DNA of 64,000 bases from Candidatus Bathyarchaeota archaeon (lineage in GTDB: Archaea > Thermoproteota > Bathyarchaeia > 40CM-2-53-6): the NCBI GenBank assembly GCA_005884195.1, contig VBBP01000055.1, forward strand, positions 15,021-79,020, written 5' to 3'. Below are positions 20,343 through 30,474 of this stretch, one piece after another. The translations under genes and the position numbers were made by a program. Each line of letters starts with the position of its first letter. The first letter of the stretch is position 1. Under the pieces are notes generated by a model, which was not told where the DNA came from, did not search any database, and was given only the letters and a program-made list of their open reading frames with translations.

Positions 20343-20428
20343 CTTTTCTTTTGGGTAACTTTTTTTCTGCTAACTAACGTGTGACCTCCGTAGGGTGGCT
20401 GTTTTTCCCGCGGCCCGGCCCTTGTGAA
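20343..20428. repeat. Dispersed intergenic T-rich repeat, copy 1
   Basis: Shares GTAACT(A)TTTTTTCTGCTAACTAA, GACC.CCG, TTTTC.CGCG and GCCCTT(C)GTGAA with 50661-50746. Confidence 0.7.
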
Positions 20429-20479
20429 TTGGGTTCAAGAACTCTTAATGCCAACCTGCCGCCCCTAGAGACAAAGTCC

Positions 20480-22306
20480 TTGTGCGGAATATTCGGCTGC
20501 GTCCTCTACGATGGTAAAGAAGCCGCCCCGCTCATACACGCCGCGCTGAAACGGCTCGAGTATCGAGGATACGACTCGGTCGGCGAAGCGACCATATCCG
20601 ACGGAACCCTTACGGTAAAGAAGGATAGCGGACGACTTGGCGAGGTCCACGCCAAGTACAATCTCGACCTTCTACCCGGACCAGTAGGCGTCGGACACAC
20701 CCGCTGGGCAACCCATGGACGGCCAGTCAAGGAAAATTCTCATCCCCTAGTCGATTGTAAATCCCGCATCGCCGTCGTCCACAATGGCATCATCGAAAAC
20801 TATCTCGATCTCAAACGCGAACTTGAAACGAAAGGGCATAGGTTCGCCTCAAGAACAGACACTGAAGTCGTCCCACATCTGGTTGAGGAGTATCTGAGCC
20901 AAGGGCTCAGCTTGGAAGAGTCATTTAGGAAAACTATCAATCGTCTGGAAGGAGCTTACTCCATCGTCCTGACAAGTGTGGAGAAACCGAAGACGATTCT
21001 TTGCGCTCGCCAAGAAAGCCCTCTCGTCCTCGGATTGGGTGATGGAGAGTTCTACTGCGCCAGCGACATAGCTGCCTTCTTGCCGCTCACCCGAAAAGCA
21101 TTGATTCTGGAGGAGGGAGAAATGGCCGTTCTAGACCCTAACGGGATTAGGATTCTCAAGGCGAAGAACGGAGTCGCGGTAAATAGAGACGCTATCACAG
21201 TAACCTGGGACCCGGAGTCCGCCAAGAAACAGGGCTTCCGACACTACATGCTCAAGGAAATCCATGAGCAAGTCCACACGATACGGGACGCGATGAGAAC
21301 CCACGAGATCTATTATGATCTTCTCGCCAGCAAGATAATGGATGCAGAGAAGGTGTTCATTGTCGCTTGCGGAACCTCCTACCACGCCGGGCTCGTGGGA
21401 GCTCAAGCCCTCATGAAACTAGCCGGAATGAACGTTAGGGTCGTTGTCGCATCCGAGTTCTCAGACGAAGCCCTCGACCTCATCGACTCTAAAACTGCAA
21501 TCCTCGCCGTAAGCCAGTCCGGCGAGACAATGGACACTCTCAACGCAGTTAGAGACGCGAAAGCCAAGGGAGCATCAATTGTAAGCGTAACAAACGTCTT
21601 GGGTTCCACATTGATGCGCTTGTCCGATGTCTACATCGGACAGAACTCCGGGCCGGAGATTGGCGTTGCAGCGACAAAGACCTTCACCTCACAAGTCACC
21701 GTTCTCCTAAGACTCGCAATCGCGATTGGCAGAAAAAAGGGCGAAGTCTCATCAAAAGAGATCAGCGAGCTAGAAGAAGCGCTTCACCGGACCCCCGCCC
21801 TGATCCAGAACCTGCTCAATACAAGGGTCGAGGACGTGAAGAAGATTGCTGAGAGCTGCAGTGGGGCGTCGAGCATTTGCTTCCTCGGGAGAGGAATCAA
21901 CGTGCCAACATCCCTCGAAGGACGATTGAAACTTCTAGAGCTGAGCTACATCCCCGCGATGGCGTATCCTGCAGGCGAGAGCAAGCATGGCTTCATCGCA
22001 CTCATCGAGGAAGGATTCCCAGTAGTGTTCGTGGCACCGAAGGACGATACTCACAAGAAGATAATCGGTAACATTATGGAGATGAAAGCTCGCGGAGCAA
22101 GAGTCATCTCGATCATAGAAGAAGGAGACGAAGAAATCAGAAACCTATCAGACGACGTGATCGAGATACCGGAAGCCCTCCCCTCACTCGCCACCCCAAT
22201 CGTCTACGTCGTTCCGCTGCAACTCCTAGCATACCACATGTCAATAATCTTAGGCCACGACCCAGACTATCCAAGAAACCTCGCAAAAAGCGTCACCGTA
22301 GAATAG
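20480..22306 (+). CDS. glmS: Glutamine--fructose-6-phosphate transaminase
   Basis: TTG start gives N-terminal CGIFG; LEYRGYDS, GHTRWATHG, SQSGET, PRNLAKSVTVE. Confidence 0.97.
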   Translation: MCGIFGCVLYDGKEAAPLIHAALKRLEYRGYDSVGEATISDGTLTVKKDSGRLGEVHAKYNLDLLPGPVGVGHTRWATHGRPVKENSHPLVDCKSRIAVVHNGIIENYLDLKRELETKGHRFASRTDTEVVPHLVEEYLSQGLSLEESFRKTINRLEGAYSIVLTSVEKPKTILCARQESPLVLGLGDGEFYCASDIAAFLPLTRKALILEEGEMAVLDPNGIRILKAKNGVAVNRDAITVTWDPESAKKQGFRHYMLKEIHEQVHTIRDAMRTHEIYYDLLASKIMDAEKVFIVACGTSYHAGLVGAQALMKLAGMNVRVVVASEFSDEALDLIDSKTAILAVSQSGETMDTLNAVRDAKAKGASIVSVTNVLGSTLMRLSDVYIGQNSGPEIGVAATKTFTSQVTVLLRLAIAIGRKKGEVSSKEISELEEALHRTPALIQNLLNTRVEDVKKIAESCSGASSICFLGRGINVPTSLEGRLKLLELSYIPAMAYPAGESKHGFIALIEEGFPVVFVAPKDDTHKKIIGNIMEMKARGARVISIIEEGDEEIRNLSDDVIEIPEALPSLATPIVYVVPLQLLAYHMSIILGHDPDYPRNLAKSVTVE

Positions 22307-22322
22307 TCAGGCCGCGATCTCC

Positions 22323-22718
22323 TTGACGGATCCCGCTGAGGAACAGCGAATGCTAGAAGAGAAAGTGGGCAAGGCCTTGGACGAGGCGAGAGCCAAGCTC
22401 GACACGGCGCTGGGCAGTCTCTCCAAGGGTGGGGCGGAATCGGAGAAGAAAGTCTGGTGGGCCGAGGAAGCAGCCGAATACAGCAGTCTGCTCTACTCCC
22501 TCACCTATGGTCTCGAGGACGAGGACCCTCCTGTTCCGGTGAGGAAAAGGAACGCCGAGCCCATCCCGCTGGTCAAGGAATCTTCGGAATCGCTACGTCA
22601 CGCGACAGAGCTTCGCGGCAAGTCTTCCTTGGAAGGATACCGTAATCTCCGGACTGCAGTCTACAAGCTGAGGCAAGCACACCACATTCTCGAAAAAGCT
22701 GGTTCGAAGAAGCGCTAG
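22323..22718 (+). CDS. Hypothetical helical protein
   Basis: 131-aa ORF filling the gap between glmS and cofD on the same strand. Confidence 0.65.
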   Translation: MTDPAEEQRMLEEKVGKALDEARAKLDTALGSLSKGGAESEKKVWWAEEAAEYSSLLYSLTYGLEDEDPPVPVRKRNAEPIPLVKESSESLRHATELRGKSSLEGYRNLRTAVYKLRQAHHILEKAGSKKR

Positions 22719-22768
22719 TCTTTAACTAGAGGCTGGGCTGGCGCAAGCCCTCTCGCGGGCGCTTCAGC

Positions 22769-23707
22769 ATGTTCCGATCAGTAGTCTGCCTAGCAGGCGG
22801 GGTAGGCGCGGCACGTTTCTTGGATGGCCTTGCGCAAGTCTATCCGCCGGAAAGGGTGACGGCGATCGTCAACACTGGAGACGACCTTGACTATCTCGGT
22901 GTCCACATCAGCCCTGACATTGACATTGTTACGTACACCCTCGCTGGAATCGTTGACAAGGGAAAGGGCTACGGGATCGCTGGAGACACGTACAATTGCA
23001 TGGCGCAACTCGAGCGTTACTCTGCGGAAACATGGTTTCGCATAGGCGACAGGGATTTCGCGACGCACCTTCTCAGAACAGCCTTTCTCCAACAGGGCTT
23101 TAGCCAATCGGAGTTGACTGAGAAGATTCGACTGTTCTTGGGCGTGAAGATCAGGATCCTTCCTATGACGGACCAGATGGTTGCTACCAAGATCAAGACC
23201 GCTGTGGGACTCCTGGATTTCCAGGAGTATTTCGTCAAGAGAAGGTTCGAGGATAATGTGGAAGACGTGAGCTACGAGGGCGCAAGCGTGGCGATGCCCG
23301 CTCCAGGCGTTGTGGAATCGATTGAGAAATCAGAAGTTATCATCTTATGTCCAAGTAATCCTATTCTTAGCATCGGACCGATCCTCGCCATTCCTGGTAT
23401 TCGCAACGCTCTCGCAAGAACCAAAGGCCGGATTCTCGGTATCAGTCCTATCGTTGGGGGAAGATCGATAAAGGGTCCGTTAGATCGTATCATGCGCCAC
23501 TTGGGTTTAGAAGTCTCACCCCTCGGAGTTGCCCAGCTCTACAAGGGACTCTTGAGAGGCTTCGTTATCGACGATGTCGACAAGTCCGTAGCCCCCAAGA
23601 TTAACAGCCTTGGAATGAAGGTCGCATCAACCCAGACGATAATGGATTCATCGGCCGCGAGAGTCAGGTTGGCAGAAGATACCTTGAGGCTGGCTGAGAC
23701 CCTTTGA
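22769..23707 (+). CDS. cofD: 2-phospho-L-lactate transferase (F420 biosynthesis)
   Basis: LAGGVGAARF, NTGDD, SPDIDIV, GDRDFATH, PSNPILSIGPIL. Confidence 0.94.
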   Translation: MFRSVVCLAGGVGAARFLDGLAQVYPPERVTAIVNTGDDLDYLGVHISPDIDIVTYTLAGIVDKGKGYGIAGDTYNCMAQLERYSAETWFRIGDRDFATHLLRTAFLQQGFSQSELTEKIRLFLGVKIRILPMTDQMVATKIKTAVGLLDFQEYFVKRRFEDNVEDVSYEGASVAMPAPGVVESIEKSEVIILCPSNPILSIGPILAIPGIRNALARTKGRILGISPIVGGRSIKGPLDRIMRHLGLEVSPLGVAQLYKGLLRGFVIDDVDKSVAPKINSLGMKVASTQTIMDSSAARVRLAEDTLRLAETL

Positions 23708-24372
23708 CAAAAGACTTCGCAATCATCCCAGTCAAAGGAGTGGTCGAAAGCAAGAGCAGGCTCGTTCGCTCCCTAAGCCCACAGGACAAGAAAAAACTCG
23801 TCATTGCTTTATTGGAAGACGTGCTAGCTGCAGTCACAGAATCTCAACTTTTCAGCCGGGTCCTAGTTGTTTCCCCTGACCCCAATGTCGAGAAAGAGGC
23901 GAACTTGCCGAATGGGACATTTCTCCACCAAGAAGGACAGGGGCTCAACGCAGGCATCCGACAATCAACGCTTTTCGCTATGCGCGAGAAGGCATCGTCC
24001 GTGGCTGTCCTGTTGGCTGACATCCCGATGCTAGAACCGCGAGATTTGAAAGAGCTATACTCAGTGGGAAGCACCGCCCCGAAGGTTGTCGTGTCCCCTT
24101 CCCTAAAGGGAGGGACCAATGTAATGGTGCAAGAGCCTCCTAACCTTATCGCACCTGCGTATGGAAGATGGAGCTTTAGCACCCATCTTCGAGCAGCGCA
24201 GAAGGCAGGGCTTGCTGTCTATTCCATCTCAAACCCACGTCTGTCGTTCGACGTCGACACTCTTGAAGATCTGATCGCTGTCGCAAGAAAGGATCCTCAC
24301 GGAAAAACTCGCACTGCAAAATGTCTTCAAGAAATGACATTGCTTCACGTCCTTGCCCGAGGCTCGAAGTAG
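23704..24372 (+). CDS. cofC: 2-phospho-L-lactate guanylyltransferase
   Basis: IIPVK...KSRL, GLNA, ADIP, GGTN, DVDTLEDL. Confidence 0.92.
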   Translation: MTKDFAIIPVKGVVESKSRLVRSLSPQDKKKLVIALLEDVLAAVTESQLFSRVLVVSPDPNVEKEANLPNGTFLHQEGQGLNAGIRQSTLFAMREKASSVAVLLADIPMLEPRDLKELYSVGSTAPKVVVSPSLKGGTNVMVQEPPNLIAPAYGRWSFSTHLRAAQKAGLAVYSISNPRLSFDVDTLEDLIAVARKDPHGKTRTAKCLQEMTLLHVLARGSK

Positions 24373-24449
24373 GTCCCTGTCAGCCCAAGCTTGCAACTCA
24401 TTCTTGAGTAGAAACTCTTTTATGAGTAGATTCTCGCCCGCCGGCTGAA

Positions 24450-25193
24450 ATGCGCTCGCCGAGTGTAAACATCAAGCCAACGGTTGTAATAGCTGGGGCT
24501 GCAACTTTCGGCGCGCTGGCGGCACTCATCTCTTTGCTTGCTCCGCCAGCGATTCAGCCGTCGTTTCCGATCTTGTTTTACTTGAAATTCGATGTCGCTG
24601 AGATAGTTGATGTTGCCGCGTTTCTCATATTTGGTCCAGTCGCTGGGCTAGTTACTGCAGCGGTTCATGGGACAATCCTCACAGCTGCACCTGGGGGGGC
24701 AGGACCATTCGGTGCAAGTCTGAAGTTCCTCTCAGTTCTCTCAACTTACGGCGGATTGATCTTGGCTTCGAAATTGGGAAGACACAAGCTCTTGACAACT
24801 GGTTCGATAATGACCGTTGCAGGTATACTGGTAAGAGTTGTTGTGATGACACTCGTGAACTATCTATACTTGATTGTCCTCGCGCAGGCTGTTTTTGGCA
24901 TTGACTATGCGAGTTTTGCCCAATTTACTCTGAGCCAGGTTGGAGTCAATCTGACAGGGACTGGATTCGTTGTCTACATTCTTGGGTTAACTGCTATCTT
25001 CAATGCGATTCATGCTGTGTTCTCTATCGTCGTTTCGCTTGTGCTAGTAAATGCGATTCTGACAAGGGCTCCTCAGTTGGTGGCAGGCCGGGAATGGATT
25101 CGAAGGACTCTGACAGTTCCAGGAACTGCGAAGGGTCTTTCAGTTTTGCCGAACGATCGGGGCAGTTCGAACTCTCGGACCTCGGGCAACTGA
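24450..25193 (+). CDS. ECF transporter S component (RibU-like)
   Basis: YLKFDVAEI...IFGPVAG motif and multiple TM helices. Confidence 0.75.
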   Translation: MRSPSVNIKPTVVIAGAATFGALAALISLLAPPAIQPSFPILFYLKFDVAEIVDVAAFLIFGPVAGLVTAAVHGTILTAAPGGAGPFGASLKFLSVLSTYGGLILASKLGRHKLLTTGSIMTVAGILVRVVVMTLVNYLYLIVLAQAVFGIDYASFAQFTLSQVGVNLTGTGFVVYILGLTAIFNAIHAVFSIVVSLVLVNAILTRAPQLVAGREWIRRTLTVPGTAKGLSVLPNDRGSSNSRTSGN

Positions 25194-26192
25194 CCTTAGG
25201 TCTATCAAATTCTCCTCGTTTGGACCGGTACCGATAAGCGTGACCGGAACCCCTGTCTCTTTCTCGATCTTGGAGATGAATGCCCTAGCGCCATCGTCGA
25301 GATCTTCAAGATGGCGAGCACCCTTGGCACTGGGGAATAGCACATCGAGCTTGGTCACCGCGATCTGAGTCGCCCCGTTAAGTTGAACGGCTCTTCTTGC
25401 GAGCTTGAAATCGAAAGGTGCGGCTCTCCTCTCTCGTCCGGTAACAGTTCCAAACTCTGTCCAACCGCGGCGTGCGACTTCCTCGCGATCTAGTTGGCCT
25501 TCAAGCGGTCCTTCTCCTACTCGTGTCACGTATGCCTTGAAGATGACTATGACATCGTCAACTTGAGTGGGACCCACTCCGACATCGGCGCACGCAGCAG
25601 AGGCTGTTGTGTCTTTTGACGTGACGTAAGGATAGGTTCCATGATAGAGGCTCAGAAAAGTGCCCTGTGTTCCTTCGATAATGATCTTTTTGTTCTCTGC
25701 AAGAGCTCTCTGAATTTCTCCAACCGTATCGCCGACGTACGGTTTGAGACTTGGAATCGTCTGAGCCATTTTGGCCATTCTCAAGGCTCGTTCTGCATTA
25801 CAGGCTCCGACTCCGCTTTTAGTTGAGCCAACTTTGTTTGACAGGTGATCCGATCGTGATTCCTGCTCTTTGTGGCGTGGTTCAACAATGGCGCACTGAT
25901 TATCGACCTCGATTCTTCGTTCTGAGTCGGTTTTCCGGAGTTCGTCCAGCAATACAGTCGGGTCAACGGGGACTCCGGGTCCAATGAGAAGCCGTGTAGC
26001 GCGGTTCACAAAGCCGCTCGGGATGAGTCTAAGCGAGTACTGGACCCCGCCGTGAATTACAGTGTGGCCGGCGTTCGGTCCGTTCCCGCCCCTCACGCAT
26101 ATGTCGGGCTTGTCCTTCATTGCTAGATAAGCGGCTATCTTCCCCTTCCCCTCATCTCCAAAGAATCCGCCGACAATGACCGTGCAGGGCAA
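25140..26192 (-). CDS. purA: Adenylosuccinate synthetase (short archaeal type)
   Basis: GDEGKGK, GPNAGHT, EGTQG, YPYVTS, GTVTGRERR. Confidence 0.96.
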   Translation of the reverse strand: MPCTVIVGGFFGDEGKGKIAAYLAMKDKPDICVRGGNGPNAGHTVIHGGVQYSLRLIPSGFVNRATRLLIGPGVPVDPTVLLDELRKTDSERRIEVDNQCAIVEPRHKEQESRSDHLSNKVGSTKSGVGACNAERALRMAKMAQTIPSLKPYVGDTVGEIQRALAENKKIIIEGTQGTFLSLYHGTYPYVTSKDTTASAACADVGVGPTQVDDVIVIFKAYVTRVGEGPLEGQLDREEVARRGWTEFGTVTGRERRAAPFDFKLARRAVQLNGATQIAVTKLDVLFPSAKGARHLEDLDDGARAFISKIEKETGVPVTLIGTGPNEENLIDLRSVARGPRVRTAPIVRQN

Positions 26193-26413
26193 CAGGTATC
26201 CACGCAGCGTAGAACTACAATAGAATAAGACTTTTGAAATGATTCTCTGAAAACTAATTCTGATCTAGCACAGATCTTCGATCTGCCGAATCCTAAGACG
26301 CGAGATGGGGAGCCTCTCGATTTAACCGGCATGAAGGGGGGTGCGGCAGGTTCTAAAATTGGCTGGAAAAAACGGTGGAGAGTGCGGCTGGAAAGGCCAC
26401 ACTTATGTCCGGC

Positions 26414-27844
26414 TTATGGGTCGTGGGAGTGTTCGTAGCCGGGGACTGGGTGCGGGAGATAGGGAAATACCGACAGGAACGACGCGGTATTTGGTGGCTG
26501 GACAGGGTTGCCTGCCGGGATGCCCTGGGTTACCAGACTTACCGCGCCGTCTGTGGTGAAATTCCTGTCTACCAGTGGTAAGGTCGCGCCAGCTATCGCT
26601 TTGATCTCGATGTCCACAACATCGTCTAGTACTCTTCGTCCGTTGGGGAATCCTGCCGGGTCTCCGCCTACGAGTCCCAGTCGGTTGGGGTTCGTGGTGT
26701 TTGGAGGAATTGCAAGGTTGAGACGAAGGTAGTCAGCCTGGAGAGGCCCTGTGAAGTTCTGGAACCCTGGAATTATGCCCGCCGGTATTCCCGTTAGGAG
26801 TATTGCGATGAGGTCTGCGCGCGCCTCGGTTACCGCTGCCAGGTTCGGGAAGACTCCGGGGTAGAGCACGGGGAGTAGTTTCTGAAGTTCTGGTGTCTGG
26901 TAATACTTGAGGAATTGAGAGTCGAACCTAGGAAGTGAAGTGTTCCAGAAGTCTTTCTTTCCCAACGGGATTATTACCTCATTGATCAGAGGCATTCCAA
27001 GCCGGGACACTTGTGTAAAAGGCCCAGTGACGACCTCGTCAGATCGGTTGTCGCCTGATTGGTTGTCGTCTCCGTCGGTGGGAAGGATGGCTGCCCTTTG
27101 TCTACTCGCGGATGCCCATATTCCGATCGTAGAGTTCTTTCCCAGTGGATCAGTGGGGTTTGATCCATCCGATGTCAGTTTGTTCCTTGGTACTTGTATT
27201 GCGATGCTATGAACGCTGAATCCTTTTGTGGCGTCAACGCCTGGAGCCGCGGGTGTAGGTATGAGGTGGAAATTCTGGACTGGTCTGAGAGCTCCCAGGT
27301 CGAATATTGATCCGAGATCTACGTAGAACGCTTCGTCTCTCTGGCCGGCGAAGACCGTCGAGCTATCGCTCAATGTGTTGATCGCGGTGTTTGCGAGGTT
27401 GGCATAGTTCGGCGTTGACCGAGGTCCGATGTTGACGGGTGGGGTTGGGAGGTTCCTGCCTAGATTCGTGGATGAACCTCTCCTTCTTGGTCCAACAACT
27501 TTTGTGACTGAGTAGGATTGTTTCACGTTCCATGAGGAATCGGTGAGGGATCCGATTGGGCCGGTGTTGTAGAGGAAGGTGTCTGGGTTTCCGATCATGG
27601 TCTTGAATCTGAACTGGTAGGTTATGTCTTCTATTCCGTCGCCGTTGTTGTCTATTACGATCTCATAGAGCACGTCGTCCCCAAAGGTGTTGAAGTTGGG
27701 GCCTCCCGCTGGTTCCTCTAACGGAATGTAGTTAGCTAGGATAGTTGCTGTGTCAGGCTTGTCAGGGCTAACAAAAGCATAGAGGTCGGTGTTGTCAGCG
27801 ACCGGGTCCTTGGAGATTTTGGGCGCTTCTCTGTGGGATGTCAT
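26414..27844 (-). CDS. DUF4331 domain protein without a signal peptide
   Basis: SHREAP...DNTDLYAF, FAGQRDEAF, QVSRLGMPLINE, GFPNGRR, FPYL. Confidence 0.85.
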   Translation of the reverse strand: MTSHREAPKISKDPVADNTDLYAFVSPDKPDTATILANYIPLEEPAGGPNFNTFGDDVLYEIVIDNNGDGIEDITYQFRFKTMIGNPDTFLYNTGPIGSLTDSSWNVKQSYSVTKVVGPRRRGSSTNLGRNLPTPPVNIGPRSTPNYANLANTAINTLSDSSTVFAGQRDEAFYVDLGSIFDLGALRPVQNFHLIPTPAAPGVDATKGFSVHSIAIQVPRNKLTSDGSNPTDPLGKNSTIGIWASASRQRAAILPTDGDDNQSGDNRSDEVVTGPFTQVSRLGMPLINEVIIPLGKKDFWNTSLPRFDSQFLKYYQTPELQKLLPVLYPGVFPNLAAVTEARADLIAILLTGIPAGIIPGFQNFTGPLQADYLRLNLAIPPNTTNPNRLGLVGGDPAGFPNGRRVLDDVVDIEIKAIAGATLPLVDRNFTTDGAVSLVTQGIPAGNPVQPPNTASFLSVFPYLPHPVPGYEHSHDP

Positions 27845-27847
27845 CGT

Positions 27848-28159
27848 CTAGTTTCCTGCTCGTAGCTTGTCCGCAATCCGGGCGGCCAATCCTGCATCTT
27901 TCACCTTCACGGATAGCTGGCCATTCATGACGGTTAGTTGATCACCGCTTACAGAGGCAACAATCGGCTCTGCGCTGTCGTTCGTCGCCGGGGTTTTCGG
28001 CTGCTCTGCTGGAATGGGAATCTTGCCCATGAGGGCCGTGGCGCCGGCCGCTACCGCAGCGGCTCCTACGCCGAATTTCAAGAAGTCTCTTCGGGATATC
28101 TTGTTTCTTGAGTCCTGTTCGGACTCGGCTTTCTCGTCAGTCTTCTTATTCTCTTTCAA
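27848..28159 (-). CDS. Small protein with a twin-arginine (Tat) signal
   Basis: SRRDFLKFGVGAAAVAAGATALMG; TTG start at 28159 (the ORF track extends it to 28273). Confidence 0.75.
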   Translation of the reverse strand: MKENKKTDEKAESEQDSRNKISRRDFLKFGVGAAAVAAGATALMGKIPIPAEQPKTPATNDSAEPIVASVSGDQLTVMNGQLSVKVKDAGLAARIADKLRAGN

Positions 28160-28402
28160 GGATTTCTGGCTGACATGGCTTGGATTGATTCTTAACGGTT
28201 TTTCCAAATTTCCCCGGAATCTGGCCCATATTCTACCTGGAGATAGCCGGAGAGGGCTACTCGCAATAGTCAATATCGCCGCAGATGTCTATCGCGAATC
28301 TAATCTCTAAGAACTCTCGCGAAAGGTCTGAGCTAGTGCGGAGTGAATTTCCGAGCGATTTGAGCTTGCGTTTGGAGAATGGGTGCGAGGAGTAGTTCTG
28401 CC

Positions 28403-28705
28403 CTATTTCCAGGTCACTCGGAGGAGGTTCGCTAGAGCAAGGGCCTCTCCGATATTTACAAGAAGCATGTAGGTGGACGCCTGATCCACGAAGGTGGCAG
28501 CGGAACTCACGTTTTGGAATAGAAACAGCCAGAATACTAGAATGGCTAGGTTCAGTACCACAAAGAAACTGCCAAAGAGAACGAGACCCAAGGTGAAGGA
28601 AGACTTGACCTTCCCGTACGTCCCGAGGTAGATTGCCAATAGTGCTAGGGTCATGGCTATGTTCGCGAAGGCAACTATTGCGCTAGCCCATAGTGCAAGA
28701 CCCAA
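28403..28705 (-). CDS. Small 3-TM membrane protein associated with the ArsR regulator
   Basis: Hydrophobic ORF with KSSFTLGLVLF, directly downstream of the wHTH gene. Confidence 0.75.
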   Translation of the reverse strand: MGLALWASAIVAFANIAMTLALLAIYLGTYGKVKSSFTLGLVLFGSFFVVLNLAILVFWLFLFQNVSSAATFVDQASTYMLLVNIGEALALANLLRVTWK

Positions 28706-28716
28706 GCTTGGTCACT

Positions 28717-29070
28717 CTACTCCGGATTTGTTTTGTTTATCTTTCTTCTTCCAATTCTAGTCCAAATCTCGTCGAGGATCGGAAGCGCTTCTTCCATCTT
28801 AGAAGTAAGAAAGAGAACGGCACCATACGTTCCTTTTTCCGATGGAACGATTAGGCCATTCTCTTCTAGAACCCTAACGTGGTGTTGGATGGTTTTGTAG
28901 TCGACACCGAGAATTTGCGCAAGTTGATTAGCGTTGCAAGGACGGTTCTGGAGAGCCTTGATGATCTCAGCCCTGCTGGGTCCTCCACGTGTTCCAGCGA
29001 ACAGGTACCATAAGAGTCGTTTGAGATACTTCTCGCCATAGAGCGACGCCTTGGAGTCTTCCTTTGCCGT
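28717..29070 (-). CDS. ArsR-family winged-helix regulator (missed by the ORF track; no canonical start)
   Basis: Manual translation: KRLLWYLFAGTRGGPSRAEII...NANQLAQILGVDYKTIQHHVRVLEENGLI; start uncertain (ACG 29070 or CTG 29121). Confidence 0.85.
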   Translation of the reverse strand, partial: TAKEDSKASLYGEKYLKRLLWYLFAGTRGGPSRAEIIKALQNRPCNANQLAQILGVDYKTIQHHVRVLEENGLIVPSEKGTYGAVLFLTSKMEEALPILDEIWTRIGRRKINKTNPE

Positions 29071-29467
29071 GGTGAGTAGAAATGGAATTCTGCGAATGAT
29101 TTGGCCAAGTTCAGGACGCAGTTGTGACTTTACAGTTATCAGGCTGGATCATCTAGAGGATTGGTCGTCCGTTCGAATTATCTGGTTGGTCCCGTTATAA
29201 TATTTCTGCGACTCTGTCAAGACTTCGAGACTGGTCACGATAATTTCCTTTTTGGCTATCGGGAGGGTCAGGGTTGGTGTGAAATCTTAGAGGAATTGGG
29301 ATTCGGGCGGACAATGTTATTATCAGCCCGCCCGATGTCGTTCGTCATTGCGTCGGCTGAGAACGCTCCGTCCGCATGTATTGCGGAAATTCATCATCTA
29401 ATTCCGACTCTGGATCTGGGTCTTTTAACTCATCTGGAGCGCTCCGTTGCGTGAATGAACCATCAGG

Positions 29468-30358
29468 TCAGATTCTCGCCTTTCCGCAACGGCCGCAGAA
29501 CACGCCACCTGGGTCCATGTCTCCCCCGCAGAAGCTACAGGCTGTCTCCAGAGGCACGGGCTCCACTTCGTCTTCTACACGTTCCTTTTCGTATCTCTTT
29601 GCATACCAGATTGCTCCTTCAAGCAGTATGATGATTGGAACAAACAATGCAACGTCTGCCAAGGGTCCGCCGTCGGGGGAAGCTATGGCAGTCAGAACTA
29701 GGAGTGATGCCCAGACGTACTTCCGATTCTTGGTAAGCATCTTCGTCCCGAGAACGTGCAATTTGACGAGTAGAACGAAGAAGACGGGAATTGTGAAGGC
29801 AAAGCCTGAGAGTACGATGACGAAGAAAACGAGGTTGTAGAACTGGTCGGCGAAAATGAAGGTGGATATTCCTACTGCTTGGAAGAAGGGGATAGAGAAG
29901 TAGAATATGAATGGCAAGAGAACGAAAAAGGCAAACGAAGCGCCTCCCATGAACAGGATCGAAAACGCTGCGACGAACGGGTATACCGACTGTTTCTCGT
30001 TGGCCTTGATTGCTGGGTCCACAAATTTGTATATCTCATAAGCGAGCACGGGGATACTTGTAGCGAATCCGAACACTGCGGATCCTACGACGATGAGCTC
30101 TAGGGGTGTGGTGACGGTTCCTCCGATCAATATGTACTGTGACGGCAGCAGTCGCGTCCTTATCGTGCCGAGAATCGCTGTTATTAGTGGATGGTAGACT
30201 TGGAAGGGATTTTGCAAGAACGAAAGGTCAGACGGGACAACAAGATAGAACAGGGTCGCAATGGCGAAGGAATAGATCCAGATTTTTATTCGTCTTGAAA
30301 GCTCTGAAATGTGGTCCCAAAGAGGTAGAACTTTTTCCCGCGATTGTTCTTCTGACAG
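29468..30358 (-). CDS. tatC: Twin-arginine translocase TatC with a C-terminal zinc ribbon, CTG start
   Basis: Upstream in-frame PLWDHISELSRRIKI; YEIYKFVDPAI, SPDGG; tail CSFC...FCGRCG. Confidence 0.88.
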   Translation of the reverse strand: MSEEQSREKVLPLWDHISELSRRIKIWIYSFAIATLFYLVVPSDLSFLQNPFQVYHPLITAILGTIRTRLLPSQYILIGGTVTTPLELIVVGSAVFGFATSIPVLAYEIYKFVDPAIKANEKQSVYPFVAAFSILFMGGASFAFFVLLPFIFYFSIPFFQAVGISTFIFADQFYNLVFFVIVLSGFAFTIPVFFVLLVKLHVLGTKMLTKNRKYVWASLLVLTAIASPDGGPLADVALFVPIIILLEGAIWYAKRYEKERVEDEVEPVPLETACSFCGGDMDPGGVFCGRCGKARI

Positions 30359-30474
30359 AGGATTCCACTATCCTTTGCGGGCCGGGCAGATAGTCAATAA
30401 AATCATTGAGCGGGTTCAACTGGCCTAACGACAAGTAGGTACAGGGCTGATCTCGGAGGCTGGAACTTGTCGGA

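Noticed and set aside
23698..23712. CTT-TGA-C (exact prfB site) at the cofD/cofC junction, and also at the pyrG start (~42838)
   Set aside because: The downstream gene is not in the +1 frame; these are an ordinary TTGA overlap and a TTG start
30228..30434. Apparent split or frameshifted tatC
   Set aside because: The TatC frame is continuous up to CTG 30358; the 68-aa ORF is a shadow in another frame
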